Positions 47,440 to 59,315 of a DNA stretch of 64,000 bases are shown here, one piece after another. This stretch comes from Opitutia bacterium (lineage in GTDB: Bacteria > Verrucomicrobiota > Verrucomicrobiia > Opitutales > UBA953), in contig CANGFP010000003.1 of assembly GCA_947453335.1 (NCBI GenBank), positions 160,704 to 224,703 on the forward strand. The letters run 5' to 3'. Each line of letters opens with the position of its first letter. Within the stretch, counting starts at the first letter, position 1. Under the pieces are notes generated by a model that was not told the DNA's origin, did no database searches, and was given only the letters and a program-made list of their open reading frames with translations. Made by a program: the position numbers and the translations under genes.

Positions 47440-47530
47440 GCCACCGCAGTGGCCCAGGCACCGTCCAGCGACAAGCCGACGGACCTAAGGGCCATTCCCT
47501 GAGGCCACGACCCGGCGGAACCTTGGAGGC

Positions 47531-48880
47531 TCAGCGGGCTGGCTTGAAGGTCTTCGGGGCGACCGGATCGGTCGACATCGCCTTGTCGCCGGCCATCGCC
47601 GGATCATCCATCTCCGGCGGCGGCTGGCCACCCGTGCGGAGCCAGGTGACCATCTTGACCTGCCCTCCGGAAGCCGCGACGCATTTGGCGAGCAGCGGCT
47701 GGGGCTCCTGTTCGGTCGAGAAGAGGTACAGACGCGGACCTTGGCCGTTCTTGGCGGCCGCGAACGAATTGACCCACTCCTGCTCCCAGGCCTTCTCGGC
47801 CGGCTTGCGGTTGTCGGCCCCGCGGGCGATGTCGGTGCGGATGCCGTCGTAGTAGACGATCGGGAAGCCGCCGCCCTGGACGTTCCTGTCGGCCTTCTCG
47901 CCCTTCATGCGGTACTGGGTCACGCCATCCTCGAAATCGGAGAACAGCACCAGCGCGTCGTAGCTCTTCTGCATGCGCATGATGTCGAGCCAAGCCCCCA
48001 CGGAGCCCTGCTTGAAGTTGTCGTCGTACTTCTTGAAGATGTTCTTGCCCGAGGCCGTCAGCTTCTTGACGTCGGTCTCGCGCGCACCCGTGCCGAAGGT
48101 GCGGATCGGCTGGCCCTTGAAGCGCTCGCCGCCCATGACCACGCCGTCCTGCACATAGGTGAAGATCCCGTTGTACATGTAGACATCGGCGTCCGGGAAC
48201 TGCCGGCGGATGGCCTCCTCGACCTTGTCGAGGTAGGACGTCATGGAGCCCGACGCGTCCATGTAGACGGCGATGCGTTGGGCGAAGATCTTGGCGCCCA
48301 TGACGGGTCGTCCGACGAAGTTCTTGCCGTTGCCGACGCCGATGCCGATGCCGTTGCCGATGCCGCCGCCGGCGCCGCCGCCGAAGCCCTTGGAGGAGCC
48401 GCCGGACAGCATCCCGGAGAGCATCGAGGCGTTGCTGGAGACCTGCATGTCGGGCAACGCGATGGTCGCGGTGGAGCTCTTGGACGTGATGCGCGCGGCG
48501 TTCTTCGCCAACGTCTTCACGTTCTTCATCTTCACCTTGGTCTCGTAGTTCTTGGCCTTGTCGCCGGCGCTGCCGCCGCCCGCGCCGGTCGCGAACGCGT
48601 TCGGGTCCTTCTTCGCGGAGTCCTTGGTGACCGAGATGATCAGGAAGGCCGCGATGAGGACCAGGACCGTGTGGATCGCCACGGAGACGATGAAACCCTC
48701 GCCGCCGAAACGGCTCCAGAACGACCGCTTGAGCCGACCGGACCCGAGGGTCGGATCCTCGAGCTCGAACGCCTCTTCCTCATACCCCTCCGTCGCCGCC
48801 AAGTCATCCTCGGGCAGCGGCGGAGGCAAAGCCTCATGGGACTCCTCGGGCGGAGGAGGCGGGGGGGTAGCGTCGGTCAT
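47531..48880 (-). CDS. TonB/TolA-like SxxxH-anchored protein with a VWA-like C-terminal domain (paralog A, 449 aa)
   Basis: The N-terminus is Pro/Glu-rich. The TM is GFIVSVAIHTVLVLIAAFLII, which contains S-x-x-x-H. It has a Gly-rich linker (GFGGGAGGGIGNGIGIGVGNG). Conserved blocks are FVGRPVMGA, AVYMDASGSM, YDALVLFSDFEDG, GQGPRLYLFS and CVAASGG. A GGAGG lies 9 nt upstream of the ATG. Confidence 0.8.
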   Translation of the reverse strand: MTDATPPPPPPEESHEALPPPLPEDDLAATEGYEEEAFELEDPTLGSGRLKRSFWSRFGGEGFIVSVAIHTVLVLIAAFLIISVTKDSAKKDPNAFATGAGGGSAGDKAKNYETKVKMKNVKTLAKNAARITSKSSTATIALPDMQVSSNASMLSGMLSGGSSKGFGGGAGGGIGNGIGIGVGNGKNFVGRPVMGAKIFAQRIAVYMDASGSMTSYLDKVEEAIRRQFPDADVYMYNGIFTYVQDGVVMGGERFKGQPIRTFGTGARETDVKKLTASGKNIFKKYDDNFKQGSVGAWLDIMRMQKSYDALVLFSDFEDGVTQYRMKGEKADRNVQGGGFPIVYYDGIRTDIARGADNRKPAEKAWEQEWVNSFAAAKNGQGPRLYLFSTEQEPQPLLAKCVAASGGQVKMVTWLRTGGQPPPEMDDPAMAGDKAMSTDPVAPKTFKPAR

Positions 48881-49016
48881 GGCCTACGACCTCCATCATC
48901 CCGTGCGCGGATGGTGCTTCAAACCCTTTTTAGGCCGCCGGGGGCTCCTGCGCAGAAGCCTGAAAAAAGGGCTTGCGACCGCTCCCCACTGCCCTTCTCC
49001 TCCACCTCCCACTGAT

Positions 49017-49094
49017 TGCAGGGTGGAGCAGCCCGGTTAGCTCGTCAGGCTCATAACCTGAAGGTCGTAGGTTCAAATCCTACCCCTGCACCCA
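49017..49094 (+). tRNA. tRNA-Met (anticodon CAU), with encoded CCA; a tRNA-Ile2 (lysidine) identity cannot be excluded
   Basis: The cloverleaf was folded by hand. The acceptor is TGCAGGG/CCCTGCA and the D stem is GAGC/GCTC. The anticodon stem is TCAGG/CCTGA with loop CTCATAA. The T arm is GTAGG-TTCAAAT-CCTAC. The discriminator is C, followed by CCA. It lacks the three consecutive G-C pairs of an initiator anticodon stem. Confidence 0.9.
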
Positions 49095-49234
49095 ATTTCA
49101 AGTCGTTCCTAGACAGAAAGTTAAGATCGAGGTCATTTCCCTGATCTTTCTGCTTGCCAAAGCAGGACCTTTAGGAAGGATATTAATCATTCAATTTGTC
49201 CTACGGGGCAATGGGGTAAGTAAGATAAAGCAGT

Positions 49235-49281
49235 AAAAAACAGCCGGCTTGCATAGGGGTATGCAAGCCGGCTCCTTTTTT
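49235..49281. terminator. Strong bidirectional intrinsic terminator (tRNA-Met on the plus strand, pilC on the minus strand)
   Basis: The sequence is AAAAAAC-AGCCGGCTTGCATA-GGGG-TATGCAAGCCGGCT-CCTTTTTTG. It has a 14-bp perfect stem with U-tracts on both strands. Confidence 0.8.
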
Positions 49282-49362
49282 GGGGGACGCGAACGGTCCC
49301 CCGACGAAACGGCCCGGGCACCTTGCGGTGACCCGGGCCGTCGCGCGTCGGACGGGATCGGC

Positions 49363-50610
49363 TCAGCCGCCGCCGGTCATCTTGGTGATGAGCGCGATGA
49401 GCGGGAGGAACATCGCGAGCACGATCGTGCCGACGACCACGGCCAGGAAGACGATGAGCACCGGCTCGATGATCGAGGTCAGCGCCGTGACGGCGTTGTC
49501 GACCTCTTCGTCGTAGATGTCGGCGACGCGGTTGAGCATCTCGGGCAGCTGGCCGGTCTCTTCGCCGACCTGGATCATGGAGGTGACCATCTGCGGGAAG
49601 ACGCCGGTCTGCTCGAGCGGCACGGACAGCGGCTCGCCGTCGCGCACGCGGTCATGCACGCGCTCGAGGGACTTGGCGATGACGACGTTGTCGAGCGTGT
49701 CGCGGGTGATCGTGATCGACTGGAGGATCGGCACGCCGGAGGCCATCAGCGTACCGAAGGTGCGCGCGAAGCGGGAGACCGAGACGATCTGCACGAAACC
49801 GCCGACCTTGGGGAGGCGGAAGACGATGCGGTCGAAGATCTCCTTGCCCTTCTCGGTCGCGAGCCAGACCTTCAGGCCGTAGTAGATGCCGAAGACGGCG
49901 ACCGGGGTGACATACCAGAACTCGGTCAGCGCCTTGGAGATCGCGACGACGAACTGGGTCAGGGCCGGCATGTTGGTCTTCTGGCCGTCGAGGAGCTTCT
50001 GGAAGGACGGCACGACCTTCACCATGAGGATGTACACGATGACCACGGCGACCGTCACGACGACGCCCGGGTAGACCATCGCGGACTTCACCTTCTTCTG
50101 GATGCGCTGGGCCTTCTCGCGGAACTTGGCCAGACGGTCGAGGACCTTGTCGAGCACGCCGCCCGCTTCGCCCGCCTTCACCATGTTGATGAAGAGACGG
50201 TCGAAGACCTTGGGGTGGGCCTGGAGGGCCTCGGAGAGGTTGTTGCCCTGCGAGACGCTTTCGGCGATGTTCGCGAGGACTTCCTTGAACGCCGGGTTGC
50301 GCTCCTGCTTGTGGATGAGCTCGAGGGCGCGGAGGAGCGGCAGGCCGGCGACGATGAGCGTCGCGAGCTGGCGGGTCATGATCGTGACCTCCTCCTCGGA
50401 GACCTGGGCGCCGAAGCTGAAGCGGGACTTCTTCGGGGCGGAGGCGGAGGCGACCACGGCCTTGGCGGCGCCGCCGTCGCCGGCGAGCGTGGTCACCATG
50501 AGGCCGCGGGCCATGAGCTTCTGGCGCGCCTGCTCGTCGCTGGCGGCTTCGATCTTACCGGAGGTCTGCGCGCCGTTGCGGTCGATCGCGCTGTACTTGT
50601 ATTCGGGCAT
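49363..50610 (-). CDS. pilC: Type IV pilus / T2SS platform protein (GspF/PilC family)
   Basis: This is a 415-aa ORF with two T2SSF repeats (LATLIVAGLPLLRALE ... and TFGTLMASGVPILQSITI ...). It has three TM segments and the C-terminal MFLPLIALI. Confidence 0.93.
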   Translation of the reverse strand: MPEYKYSAIDRNGAQTSGKIEAASDEQARQKLMARGLMVTTLAGDGGAAKAVVASASAPKKSRFSFGAQVSEEEVTIMTRQLATLIVAGLPLLRALELIHKQERNPAFKEVLANIAESVSQGNNLSEALQAHPKVFDRLFINMVKAGEAGGVLDKVLDRLAKFREKAQRIQKKVKSAMVYPGVVVTVAVVIVYILMVKVVPSFQKLLDGQKTNMPALTQFVVAISKALTEFWYVTPVAVFGIYYGLKVWLATEKGKEIFDRIVFRLPKVGGFVQIVSVSRFARTFGTLMASGVPILQSITITRDTLDNVVIAKSLERVHDRVRDGEPLSVPLEQTGVFPQMVTSMIQVGEETGQLPEMLNRVADIYDEEVDNAVTALTSIIEPVLIVFLAVVVGTIVLAMFLPLIALITKMTGGG

Positions 50611-50631
50611 GGGGATGGGGTTTGGAAAGGG

Positions 50632-52314
50632 TTAGGTGTACTTGAGGACTTCCTCGATGGTCGTGTGGCCGTCGAAGATGCAGCGGAGGCCGTCCTCGCG
50701 GAGGGGGCGCATGCCGACCTCGATGGCCTTCTGCTTCAGGACGAGGGTCGGAGCGCGCTGCGTGATCATCGTGCGGAGCGAGTCGCTGATCGTCATCAGC
50801 TCGAACAGGCCTTGGCGGCCGCGGTAGCCGGAGCGGCTGCACTCGGGGCAGCCCTTGCCGAAGTAGAACTTCTTGTTGGCGATCTCGAGGGCGTCGACGT
50901 CGAGCATGTTGATGACTTCCTTGTCGGGCTCGTAGGCCGTGCGGCAGCCCTTGCAGATGCGGCGCAGGAGGCGCTGGGCGAGCACGCCTTCGAGGGAGGC
51001 GGAGATGAGGAACGGCTCCAGCCCCATGTCGATGAGTCGCGTCACGGCGCCCGGGGCGTCGTTGGTGTGGAGGGTCGAGAGCACGACGTGGCCGGTCAGG
51101 GAGGCCTGCACGGCGATCTGGGCGGTCTCAAGGTCGCGGATTTCCCCCACCATGATGGTGTCGGGGTCCTGACGGAGGAAGGAGCGCAGCGCCGCGGCGA
51201 AGGTGAGGCCGACCTGGTGGTTGATCGGGACCTGCATGATGCCTTCGACCTCGTACTCGACGGGGTCCTCGGCGGTGAGGATCTTGACGTCCTCGGTGTT
51301 CACCTCGCGGAGCGCGGAGTACAGGGTGGTCGTCTTGCCGGAACCGGTCGGGCCGGTGACGATGAAGATGCCGTTCGGGCGGTTCACCATCGCGCGGATG
51401 CCTTCCTTGATGTCCTCCTGCATGGAGAGGGCGTCGAGGCTCAGGTTGACGACGGTCTTGTCGAGGATTCGGAGCACCACGGATTCGCCGAACTGGGTCG
51501 GGAGCGTGGACACGCGCAGGTCGATGGCGCGGCCGCCGATGGTCGTCTTGATGCGGCCGTCCTGCGGGATGCGGCGTTCGGCGATGTTCAGCGCGGAGAG
51601 GACCTTGACGCGGGCGATGACGGCCGAGGCGAGGTTCTTGGGCGGCGGGGCCATCTCGTACAGCGAGCCGTCGATGCGGTAGCGGATGCGGAACTGGTCC
51701 TCGAAGGGCTCGAAGTGGATGTCGGAGGCCTTGGCCTTGACGGCTTCCTGCAGCACGAGGTCGACGAAGCGGATGATCGGGGCCTGGCTCGCGGCGGCGG
51801 CGACGTCCTCGTCGTTCGTGGCGGCGGCGGCGCCTTCCTCGAACTCGCCGAGGAGGTCCTCCATCGAGGTCGCGGAGGCTTCGCCGTAGACGCGGACGAC
51901 GGCCGTCTCGACGGCGTCGGGGTCGGCCACGGCCAGCTCGATGTCGCGCTTCAGGATGAACGTCAGTTCGTTGATGGCCGCGGAATTGAAGGCGTCCTTG
52001 GCGACGAGGGTGAGCTTGCCGGCCTCGTCGGCGACGGGCACGACCATGTACTTGTGCGCCTGCGCGGGCTTGAGCGTGCGGGTCAGCTCCTCGCCGAGGT
52101 CGGCGGGGATGGCCGAGTAGTACTGGACCTGGAGGTGGTCGGCGATGGCCTGGAGCAGGCCCGGACGGTCGGCGAGGCCGGCGTCGATCAGGCTGTCGGC
52201 GTAGGACTTGCCGGTGCTCGCGTGCGACTCCCAGATCTCGTCGGACTGGGTCTGGTCGACGAGGCCGGCTTCGAGCGCGATGTCGCGGATGACGTCACTG
52301 TGGTCTTCAAACAT
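50632..52314 (-). CDS. GspE/PilB-family secretion ATPase (second assembly-type paralog)
   Basis: This is a 560-aa ORF. Walker A is [15 protein letters not shown]. The Asp box and Walker B are [10 protein letters not shown] and IMVGEIRD. The His box is [14 protein letters not shown]. The tetra-Cys motif is CKGC...[12 protein letters not shown]. The N-terminal helical motifs are [13 protein letters not shown] and [15 protein letters not shown]. Confidence 0.93.
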   Translation of the reverse strand: MFEDHSDVIRDIALEAGLVDQTQSDEIWESHASTGKSYADSLIDAGLADRPGLLQAIADHLQVQYYSAIPADLGEELTRTLKPAQAHKYMVVPVADEAGKLTLVAKDAFNSAAINELTFILKRDIELAVADPDAVETAVVRVYGEASATSMEDLLGEFEEGAAAATNDEDVAAAASQAPIIRFVDLVLQEAVKAKASDIHFEPFEDQFRIRYRIDGSLYEMAPPPKNLASAVIARVKVLSALNIAERRIPQDGRIKTTIGGRAIDLRVSTLPTQFGESVVLRILDKTVVNLSLDALSMQEDIKEGIRAMVNRPNGIFIVTGPTGSGKTTTLYSALREVNTEDVKILTAEDPVEYEVEGIMQVPINHQVGLTFAAALRSFLRQDPDTIMVGEIRDLETAQIAVQASLTGHVVLSTLHTNDAPGAVTRLIDMGLEPFLISASLEGVLAQRLLRRICKGCRTAYEPDKEVINMLDVDALEIANKKFYFGKGCPECSRSGYRGRQGLFELMTISDSLRTMITQRAPTLVLKQKAIEVGMRPLREDGLRCIFDGHTTIEEVLKYT

Positions 52315-52335
52315 GGGGAATGGTCGGGTAAGGGG

Positions 52336-53409
52336 TTATTTCTTGGCGGCCCCGGGATTGAGGCGGGCGCGCATCATCTCGGAGTCCTGGCAGTAGTTCA
52401 TGACTTCCTCCTCGGAGACCTTGCCCTGGTTGAACAGGGCGAGGAGGTCGGAATCGAGCGTGCGCATGCCGCGGCCGCCGCCGGTCTCGATGTCGGAGGT
52501 GATCTGGAAGGTCTTGTTCTCGCGGATCTTGGCCGCGATGCCGTCGGTGCGGACCATGATCTCGTACGCGGCGACGCGCTTGTCGTCCACGGTGCGCAGG
52601 AGGCACTGGGAGATGACGGAGACGATGGAGGAGGCGAGCTGGACGCGGATCTGGTCGCGCGCGCCGGCGGGGAAGGCGTCGAGGATGCGGTCGACGGTGC
52701 GGGCGGCGCCCGTGGTGTGCAGCGTGCCGAAGACGAGGTGGCCGGTCTCGGCGGCCGACACGGCTGCCTCGATGGTCTCGAGGTCGCGCATCTCGCCGAT
52801 GAGGATGACGTCGGGGTCCTGGCGGAGCGCGGCGCGCACGCCCTCGGCGAAGGTCGGCACGTCGTTGTGCACCTCGCGCTGGGTGACGACGCAGCCCTTG
52901 TGGGCGTGGTAGTACTCGATGGGGTCCTCGATCGTGACGATGTGGCCGTCCTCGTTCTCGTTGATCCAGTTGACCATCGAGGCGAGGGTCGTCGACTTGC
53001 CGGAACCGGTCGGGCCGGTGACGAGGATGAGCCCGCGCGGACGGCGCAGGAGGTCCTTGATCATCGGGGGCAGGCGGAGCTGCTCGAGGGTGAAGATCGC
53101 CGAGGGGATCAGGCGGAGCACCATGCCAAGCACGCCCTTGCCGCGGTAGACGTTGACGCGGAAGCGCGCCTTCTTGTGGAAGGAGAAGCCGAAGTCGCAG
53201 CCGCCGTCGCGCTTCAGGCGCTCCAGCTGGTCCGACGGGGCGATGGAGGCGACCAGGGCCTGGGTGTCTTCAGGCGTGAGGGCCGGGCCTTCGATCGAGA
53301 CGACGCTGCCGCTGACGCGGAGGCTGGGCGCGCGGCCGACGTGCAGGTGCAGGTCGGAGGCGCCATTCTCGATCATGGCTTCCAGGAGCTGGTTGATCTC
53401 GTACGCCAT
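52336..53409 (-). CDS. pilT: Twitching-motility retraction ATPase PilT
   Basis: This is a 357-aa ORF with no N-terminal GspE_N domain and no Cys motif. Matching segments are [45 protein letters not shown] and [11 protein letters not shown]. It also has the PilT-type IAAKIRENK helix. Confidence 0.95.
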   Translation of the reverse strand: MAYEINQLLEAMIENGASDLHLHVGRAPSLRVSGSVVSIEGPALTPEDTQALVASIAPSDQLERLKRDGGCDFGFSFHKKARFRVNVYRGKGVLGMVLRLIPSAIFTLEQLRLPPMIKDLLRRPRGLILVTGPTGSGKSTTLASMVNWINENEDGHIVTIEDPIEYYHAHKGCVVTQREVHNDVPTFAEGVRAALRQDPDVILIGEMRDLETIEAAVSAAETGHLVFGTLHTTGAARTVDRILDAFPAGARDQIRVQLASSIVSVISQCLLRTVDDKRVAAYEIMVRTDGIAAKIRENKTFQITSDIETGGGRGMRTLDSDLLALFNQGKVSEEEVMNYCQDSEMMRARLNPGAAKK

Positions 53410-53416
53410 GGCGCGC

Positions 53417-55132
53417 TCAGATGACGTCGTCGGCGACGGTGGCGCCCATGACCTCCTCGATCGTGGTCATGCCGGAGGCGACCTTGCGTTGGCCGTCCTC
53501 GCGCATGGTGCGCATGCCGGCCTCGCGGGCCTTGCGGCGGAGGTCGACGAGGTTCGAGCCGGAGTAGATCATCTCCTGGATCTCCTCGGTGATGACGAAG
53601 AGCTCGAAGACGCCGCGGCGGCCCTTGTAGCCGCGGTCGCCGCACTTGGCGCAGCCGGCGCCCTTCATCGGGGTCGCCCCGGCGATGTCCTGCTCGGTCA
53701 TGCCGATGGTGTAGAGCTCCTTCGCGGTCGGCTTGTAGGGTTGCGCGCACGACTGGCAGACGCGGCGCACGAGGCGCTGGGCCAGCGCGCCACGGAGCGC
53801 GGCGGACACGAGGAACGGCTTCACGCCGATGTCGACGAGACGGGTGACGGCGCTGACGGAGTCGTTGGTGTGGAGGGTCGAGAACACCATGTGGCCGGTG
53901 AGGGCCGCGTTGATGGCGATTTCGGCGGTCTCCAGGTCGCGGATTTCGCCGATCATGACGATGTTCGGCGCCTGGCGGAGCATCGCGCGGAGCGCGGCGG
54001 CGAAGGTCATGCCGACGTCGCGCTTCACCTGCACCTGGTTGATGCCGGCCATCTGGTACTCGACCGGGTCTTCGACGGTGATGATCTTGCGGTCGGGCTT
54101 GTTGATGTAGTTGAGCGCGGAATAGAGCGTGGTCGACTTGCCGGAACCGGTCGGACCGGTGACGAGGAAGACGCCGTCGGAGCCGGAGATGAGGCCCTGG
54201 AACTTGGCCTGGTCGTCCGCGAAGAAGCCGAGCTCGGGGAGGCCGAGCTTGAGGCCTTCCTTGTCGAGGATTCGCATGACGATCGACTCGCCGTAGACGG
54301 TCGGGAGGACGGACACGCGCAAGTCGATGTCGCGGCCGCCGGTGCGGGCCTGGATGCGGCCGTCCTGCGGGATGCGCTTCTCGGCCAAGGAGACCTCGGC
54401 CATGAGCTTGAGGCGAGAGATGACGGAGGCCTGCAGGCGCTTGGGCGGGCCCTTCATCTCCTGGAGCACGCCGTCGATGCGGAAACGCACGCGGAAGCGC
54501 TTCTCAAGGGGCTCGAGGTGGATGTCGGACGCCTTGCGGCGGATGGCGTCGACGATCAGCGAGTTGACGTACCGGATGATCGGGGCGTCGTCTTCCTTGG
54601 CCTCCCCGCCCTGCGGGAGCTCGACGGAAAGACCGTCCTCCGAAGCCTTGCCGAAGACGTCCTCGTACGAGACGTTGACCTGGCCGCCGCTGTAGCAGCG
54701 GGCGATCGCGTTGCGGAGCTCGTCCGGGGGGGCGAGCTTCGGGTTCAGCGTGAGCTTCAGGACGCGCGAAAGGGAATCGAGGGTCTCGGTGTCGAGCGGG
54801 TCGGCGATCGCGACGAGGAGCTCGACGCCGTCCATCTGCAGCGGCAGGAGGTTCGAGCGCTCCGCCTGCTCGCGGCTGACGAGCTTCAGGAGCTCATCGG
54901 CCGGGGAGACCTGCGAAAGGTCGACGACTTCCATGTCGAACTCGACGCCGAGGGCCTCGGTGATCTTCGCCCAGGTGACCTTGCCGGTCTCGACCAGTTT
55001 GGCCAAGGCGAGGGTATCGGGATTGGCATCCGGGGTCGCGGCCACGGCCGCGCGGGCCTCGGCGACGTCGCCCGCGGAGACGAGGGCTTTGTCCTGGATG
55101 AATTGGATGACGAAATCGTCGGCGGTCGTCAC
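53417..55132 (-). CDS. pilB: Type IV pilus assembly ATPase PilB (GspE family)
   Basis: This is a 571-aa ORF with a GTG start. The T2SSE_N domain includes [44 protein letters not shown]. Other matching segments are [27 protein letters not shown] and [14 protein letters not shown]. The tetra-Cys motif is CQSC...[12 protein letters not shown]. Confidence 0.93.
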   Translation of the reverse strand: MTTADDFVIQFIQDKALVSAGDVAEARAAVAATPDANPDTLALAKLVETGKVTWAKITEALGVEFDMEVVDLSQVSPADELLKLVSREQAERSNLLPLQMDGVELLVAIADPLDTETLDSLSRVLKLTLNPKLAPPDELRNAIARCYSGGQVNVSYEDVFGKASEDGLSVELPQGGEAKEDDAPIIRYVNSLIVDAIRRKASDIHLEPLEKRFRVRFRIDGVLQEMKGPPKRLQASVISRLKLMAEVSLAEKRIPQDGRIQARTGGRDIDLRVSVLPTVYGESIVMRILDKEGLKLGLPELGFFADDQAKFQGLISGSDGVFLVTGPTGSGKSTTLYSALNYINKPDRKIITVEDPVEYQMAGINQVQVKRDVGMTFAAALRAMLRQAPNIVMIGEIRDLETAEIAINAALTGHMVFSTLHTNDSVSAVTRLVDIGVKPFLVSAALRGALAQRLVRRVCQSCAQPYKPTAKELYTIGMTEQDIAGATPMKGAGCAKCGDRGYKGRRGVFELFVITEEIQEMIYSGSNLVDLRRKAREAGMRTMREDGQRKVASGMTTIEEVMGATVADDVI

Positions 55133-55245
55133 AGTAGGGGTATCCTTGGCGGAAGATGGGGTGAGGGATGCGCCTCTCTGGGACAGAGGAACACGGGAGT
55201 CCTGAAACCTAAATCACACCCCCTCTTCGGCAATCGCAAAAGCGG

Positions 55246-55836
55246 TCAAATACTGGACTGAGCAGCGACCGAAAGCTGGTCTACCAAGCGACGGACCTGC
55301 GCTTCCAAGGCCGCGCGGTCCCCGTCGTTCCAAAGGACGTAGTCTGATTTTGCAACCTTATCAACTACAGGCATTTGCGAATTAATTCTAGCCATGGCAT
55401 CGTCCCGCGAAAGGCCGCGTTGCTCGAGTCGCGCCAAACGGACCTCGTCGGAGCACGCGACGCAGATGACGCAATCATACTGGGCCTGCAGGCCCTTCTC
55501 GAAAAGCAGCGGAATCTCGACGACGTGATGACGCTGCGGATCGGCGACGGCAGCCGCACGGAGCCGCGCGACTTCCGGGTGCAGGATGCCTTCCAGGAAG
55601 GCGAGCTCGTCCGGGGCTCCGAAGACCCGCCGGCCGATCCACGCACGGTCCGGCAAGCCGTCCGGCCCCAAGCAGGCCCGGCCCCACCGGGCGACCAGCC
55701 GGCCCACGATGTCGGGCCGGACGAGGACCGACTTCGCCAACTGGTCGGCGTCGACGACGTTGAAGCCGAGCTGAGCGAACACGGCCAAGGCGGCGGACTT
55801 GCCGCAGCCGATGCCTCCCGTGAGCCCTAGGACCAT
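55246..55836 (-). CDS. coaE: Dephospho-CoA kinase
   Basis: This is a 196-aa ORF. The P-loop is LGLTGGIGCGKSA. Other matching segments are VDADQLAK and EIPLLFE. Confidence 0.92.
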   Translation of the reverse strand: MVLGLTGGIGCGKSAALAVFAQLGFNVVDADQLAKSVLVRPDIVGRLVARWGRACLGPDGLPDRAWIGRRVFGAPDELAFLEGILHPEVARLRAAAVADPQRHHVVEIPLLFEKGLQAQYDCVICVACSDEVRLARLEQRGLSRDDAMARINSQMPVVDKVAKSDYVLWNDGDRAALEAQVRRLVDQLSVAAQSSI

Positions 55837-55874
55837 GGGAGCAGGCTAGGCCGGCGACCGACGCAGGGCAAACC

Positions 55875-57850
<1,976 letters not shown>

Positions 57851-57854
<4 letters not shown>

Positions 57855-59308
57855 CGGGGGAGGTCAGAAATTAAGCAGGGCCCAAGCCAAGTCAACCGGA
57901 GAGCCCCCTTCAGCGGACCGGTCAGTCGCGCGGACTGCGCGGGCGACAGGCCGGGCACCCAATGGATCGCCTCGTCGACGAGGACGACGGGGAGCGTATC
58001 CCTTTGTCCAACGGGGATTTTCCGGTTGATGAGCAGGTCCGAAAGCTTGGCGGTCCCCGGCGCGCCCAACGGATGGTAACGGTCCCCGTCCACCCGCCCG
58101 CGCCAAGCCAACGTCGCCGAGGGTGGGACAGAGAGATAGGCCATGGTGGAGGACTGGATGTCACCCCGGGACAGTTTTTCCCAGAGCTCGTCGTCCACGT
58201 CGACGCGTTCGGCGAGCAAGCCGCTTTCGCCATCGACTTGGCCAAGCGCCAACGGGCGAAGACTCGGTCCATAGGGCTCCGGGGTCTCGGCAGGCAGGCT
58301 CAGCCGTCCACCTTGATGGACGACGCGGCGCGCGAGCAAGGTGGCTTGGGTCTCGCGGCCGTCGACGAGCGCGGAGATGAGCGCTTCCAGGGAGGCGCCG
58401 CTGGCCGCGGCCAAGCCATGCGCCGAAAGGAAAGGCGCCAAGGCCGCGTGCGCCAAGGCCCGTGGGCGACCACGCAACGCGAGGGTCGGCAAGGAACCGT
58501 CGGGCCGCAGGCCGCAGCCAAGTTCGTCGGCCCAGGCCGTCAACGCAGCTGCGGCTTCCTCGAGGTGACGGGCCGAGGCGGCGAACCCCTGCGCATACGA
58601 CGGACCCAAGGCCTCCGCCCCACCCTGCCCCAGCCACGCGCGCACGCGGTTGCGGACGGCGACCGGCTGCTGGTTCGTGGCGTCCTCGCGCCATGGCAGA
58701 CCGGCGGCGGCGAGCGCGGCGAGCAAGTCCTGCTTCGTCAACCGCGCGGCGACCAACGGACGCCAATGGACGTGGCCGGCGCGGAACGGCTGCCAGGCAC
58801 GCGGCGCGGCCAACCCGGCCAACCCGGCGCCGCGCGCCAAACGCATGAGCATCGATTCGGCGACGTCGTCGAGGTGATGCGCGGTCGCGACGACCCGGAT
58901 GCCCAAGGCGGCGCGCTGGGCCGCGAAGAAGCCCTGTCGGGCCGCCCGCAGTTCCGCTTCGGTCGCCGAGCCCGCGGCGGCGCGGAGACCAGCGACGCAC
59001 GGAAGGCCGAGGTGCGCGCTCAGCCGCCGGACGAAGGCCGCGTCGGCGGCCGAGGCGTCGCCGCGGACGCGGTGGTCGAAGTGCAGCACGCGCAGCCGCG
59101 GACGCAACGCAGGGTCGGCCCACAGGGCGACGAGCAGGTAGACCGAATCCGCGCCGCCCGACACCGCCACGCCGAGGGGCGCGTCGTCATCCGACCTAGG
59201 CGCCGGCAAGCGCGGCCAAGCCGCCACGGCGGCGCGCAAGGCATCGAGGTTCGGCAGGTCCGGGCTCACGACGCGAACATAAGGCCCGTCCCTCCCCTGC
59301 CAACCCAA
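57851..59308 (-). CDS. tilS: tRNA(Ile)-lysidine synthase
   Basis: The PP-loop is VAVSGGADSVYLL. Other matching segments are LHFDHRVRG and ATAHHLDDVAE. The C-terminal part includes RYHPLGAPGTAKLSDLLINRKIP. The start at 59308 is a TTG, so the start is uncertain. The stop overlaps the ftsH start (ATGA). Confidence 0.88.
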
Positions 59309-59315
59309 AGCGGGC

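Noticed and set aside
49017-49094. tRNA-Met considered as an initiator tRNA, or as the attachment site of an integrated element.
   Set aside because: The anticodon stem TCAGG/CCTGA lacks the three consecutive G-C pairs of initiator tRNAs, and position 1:72 is a normal pair. No integrase, excisionase or phage/IS gene is nearby. I did not spot a direct repeat of the tRNA 3' end in the window.
49098-49190. A 30-aa minus-strand ORF (MINILPKGPALASRKIREMTSILTFCLGTT) in the AT-rich spacer.
   Set aside because: It has no SD sequence, and its codon usage is unlike every real gene here. It ends within 4 nt of the tRNA on the opposite strand. It is most likely a chance ORF in AT-rich DNA.
49150-49200. 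A GGAAGGA-containing hairpin considered as a possible SRP (4.5S) RNA domain IV.
   Set aside because: The conserved flanks (GGUCC-GGAA-GGAAGCAGCC and the opposing AGGCAG strand) are absent. The region is also AT-rich and too short to form the 4.5S helix.
49249-53424. A 1391-aa ORF on the plus strand across pilC, the pilB paralog and pilT.
   Set aside because: It is antisense to three genes with unmistakable T4P motifs. Its composition (Gly/Asp/Ala/Val/Arg repeats) is the usual high-GC shadow-frame pattern.
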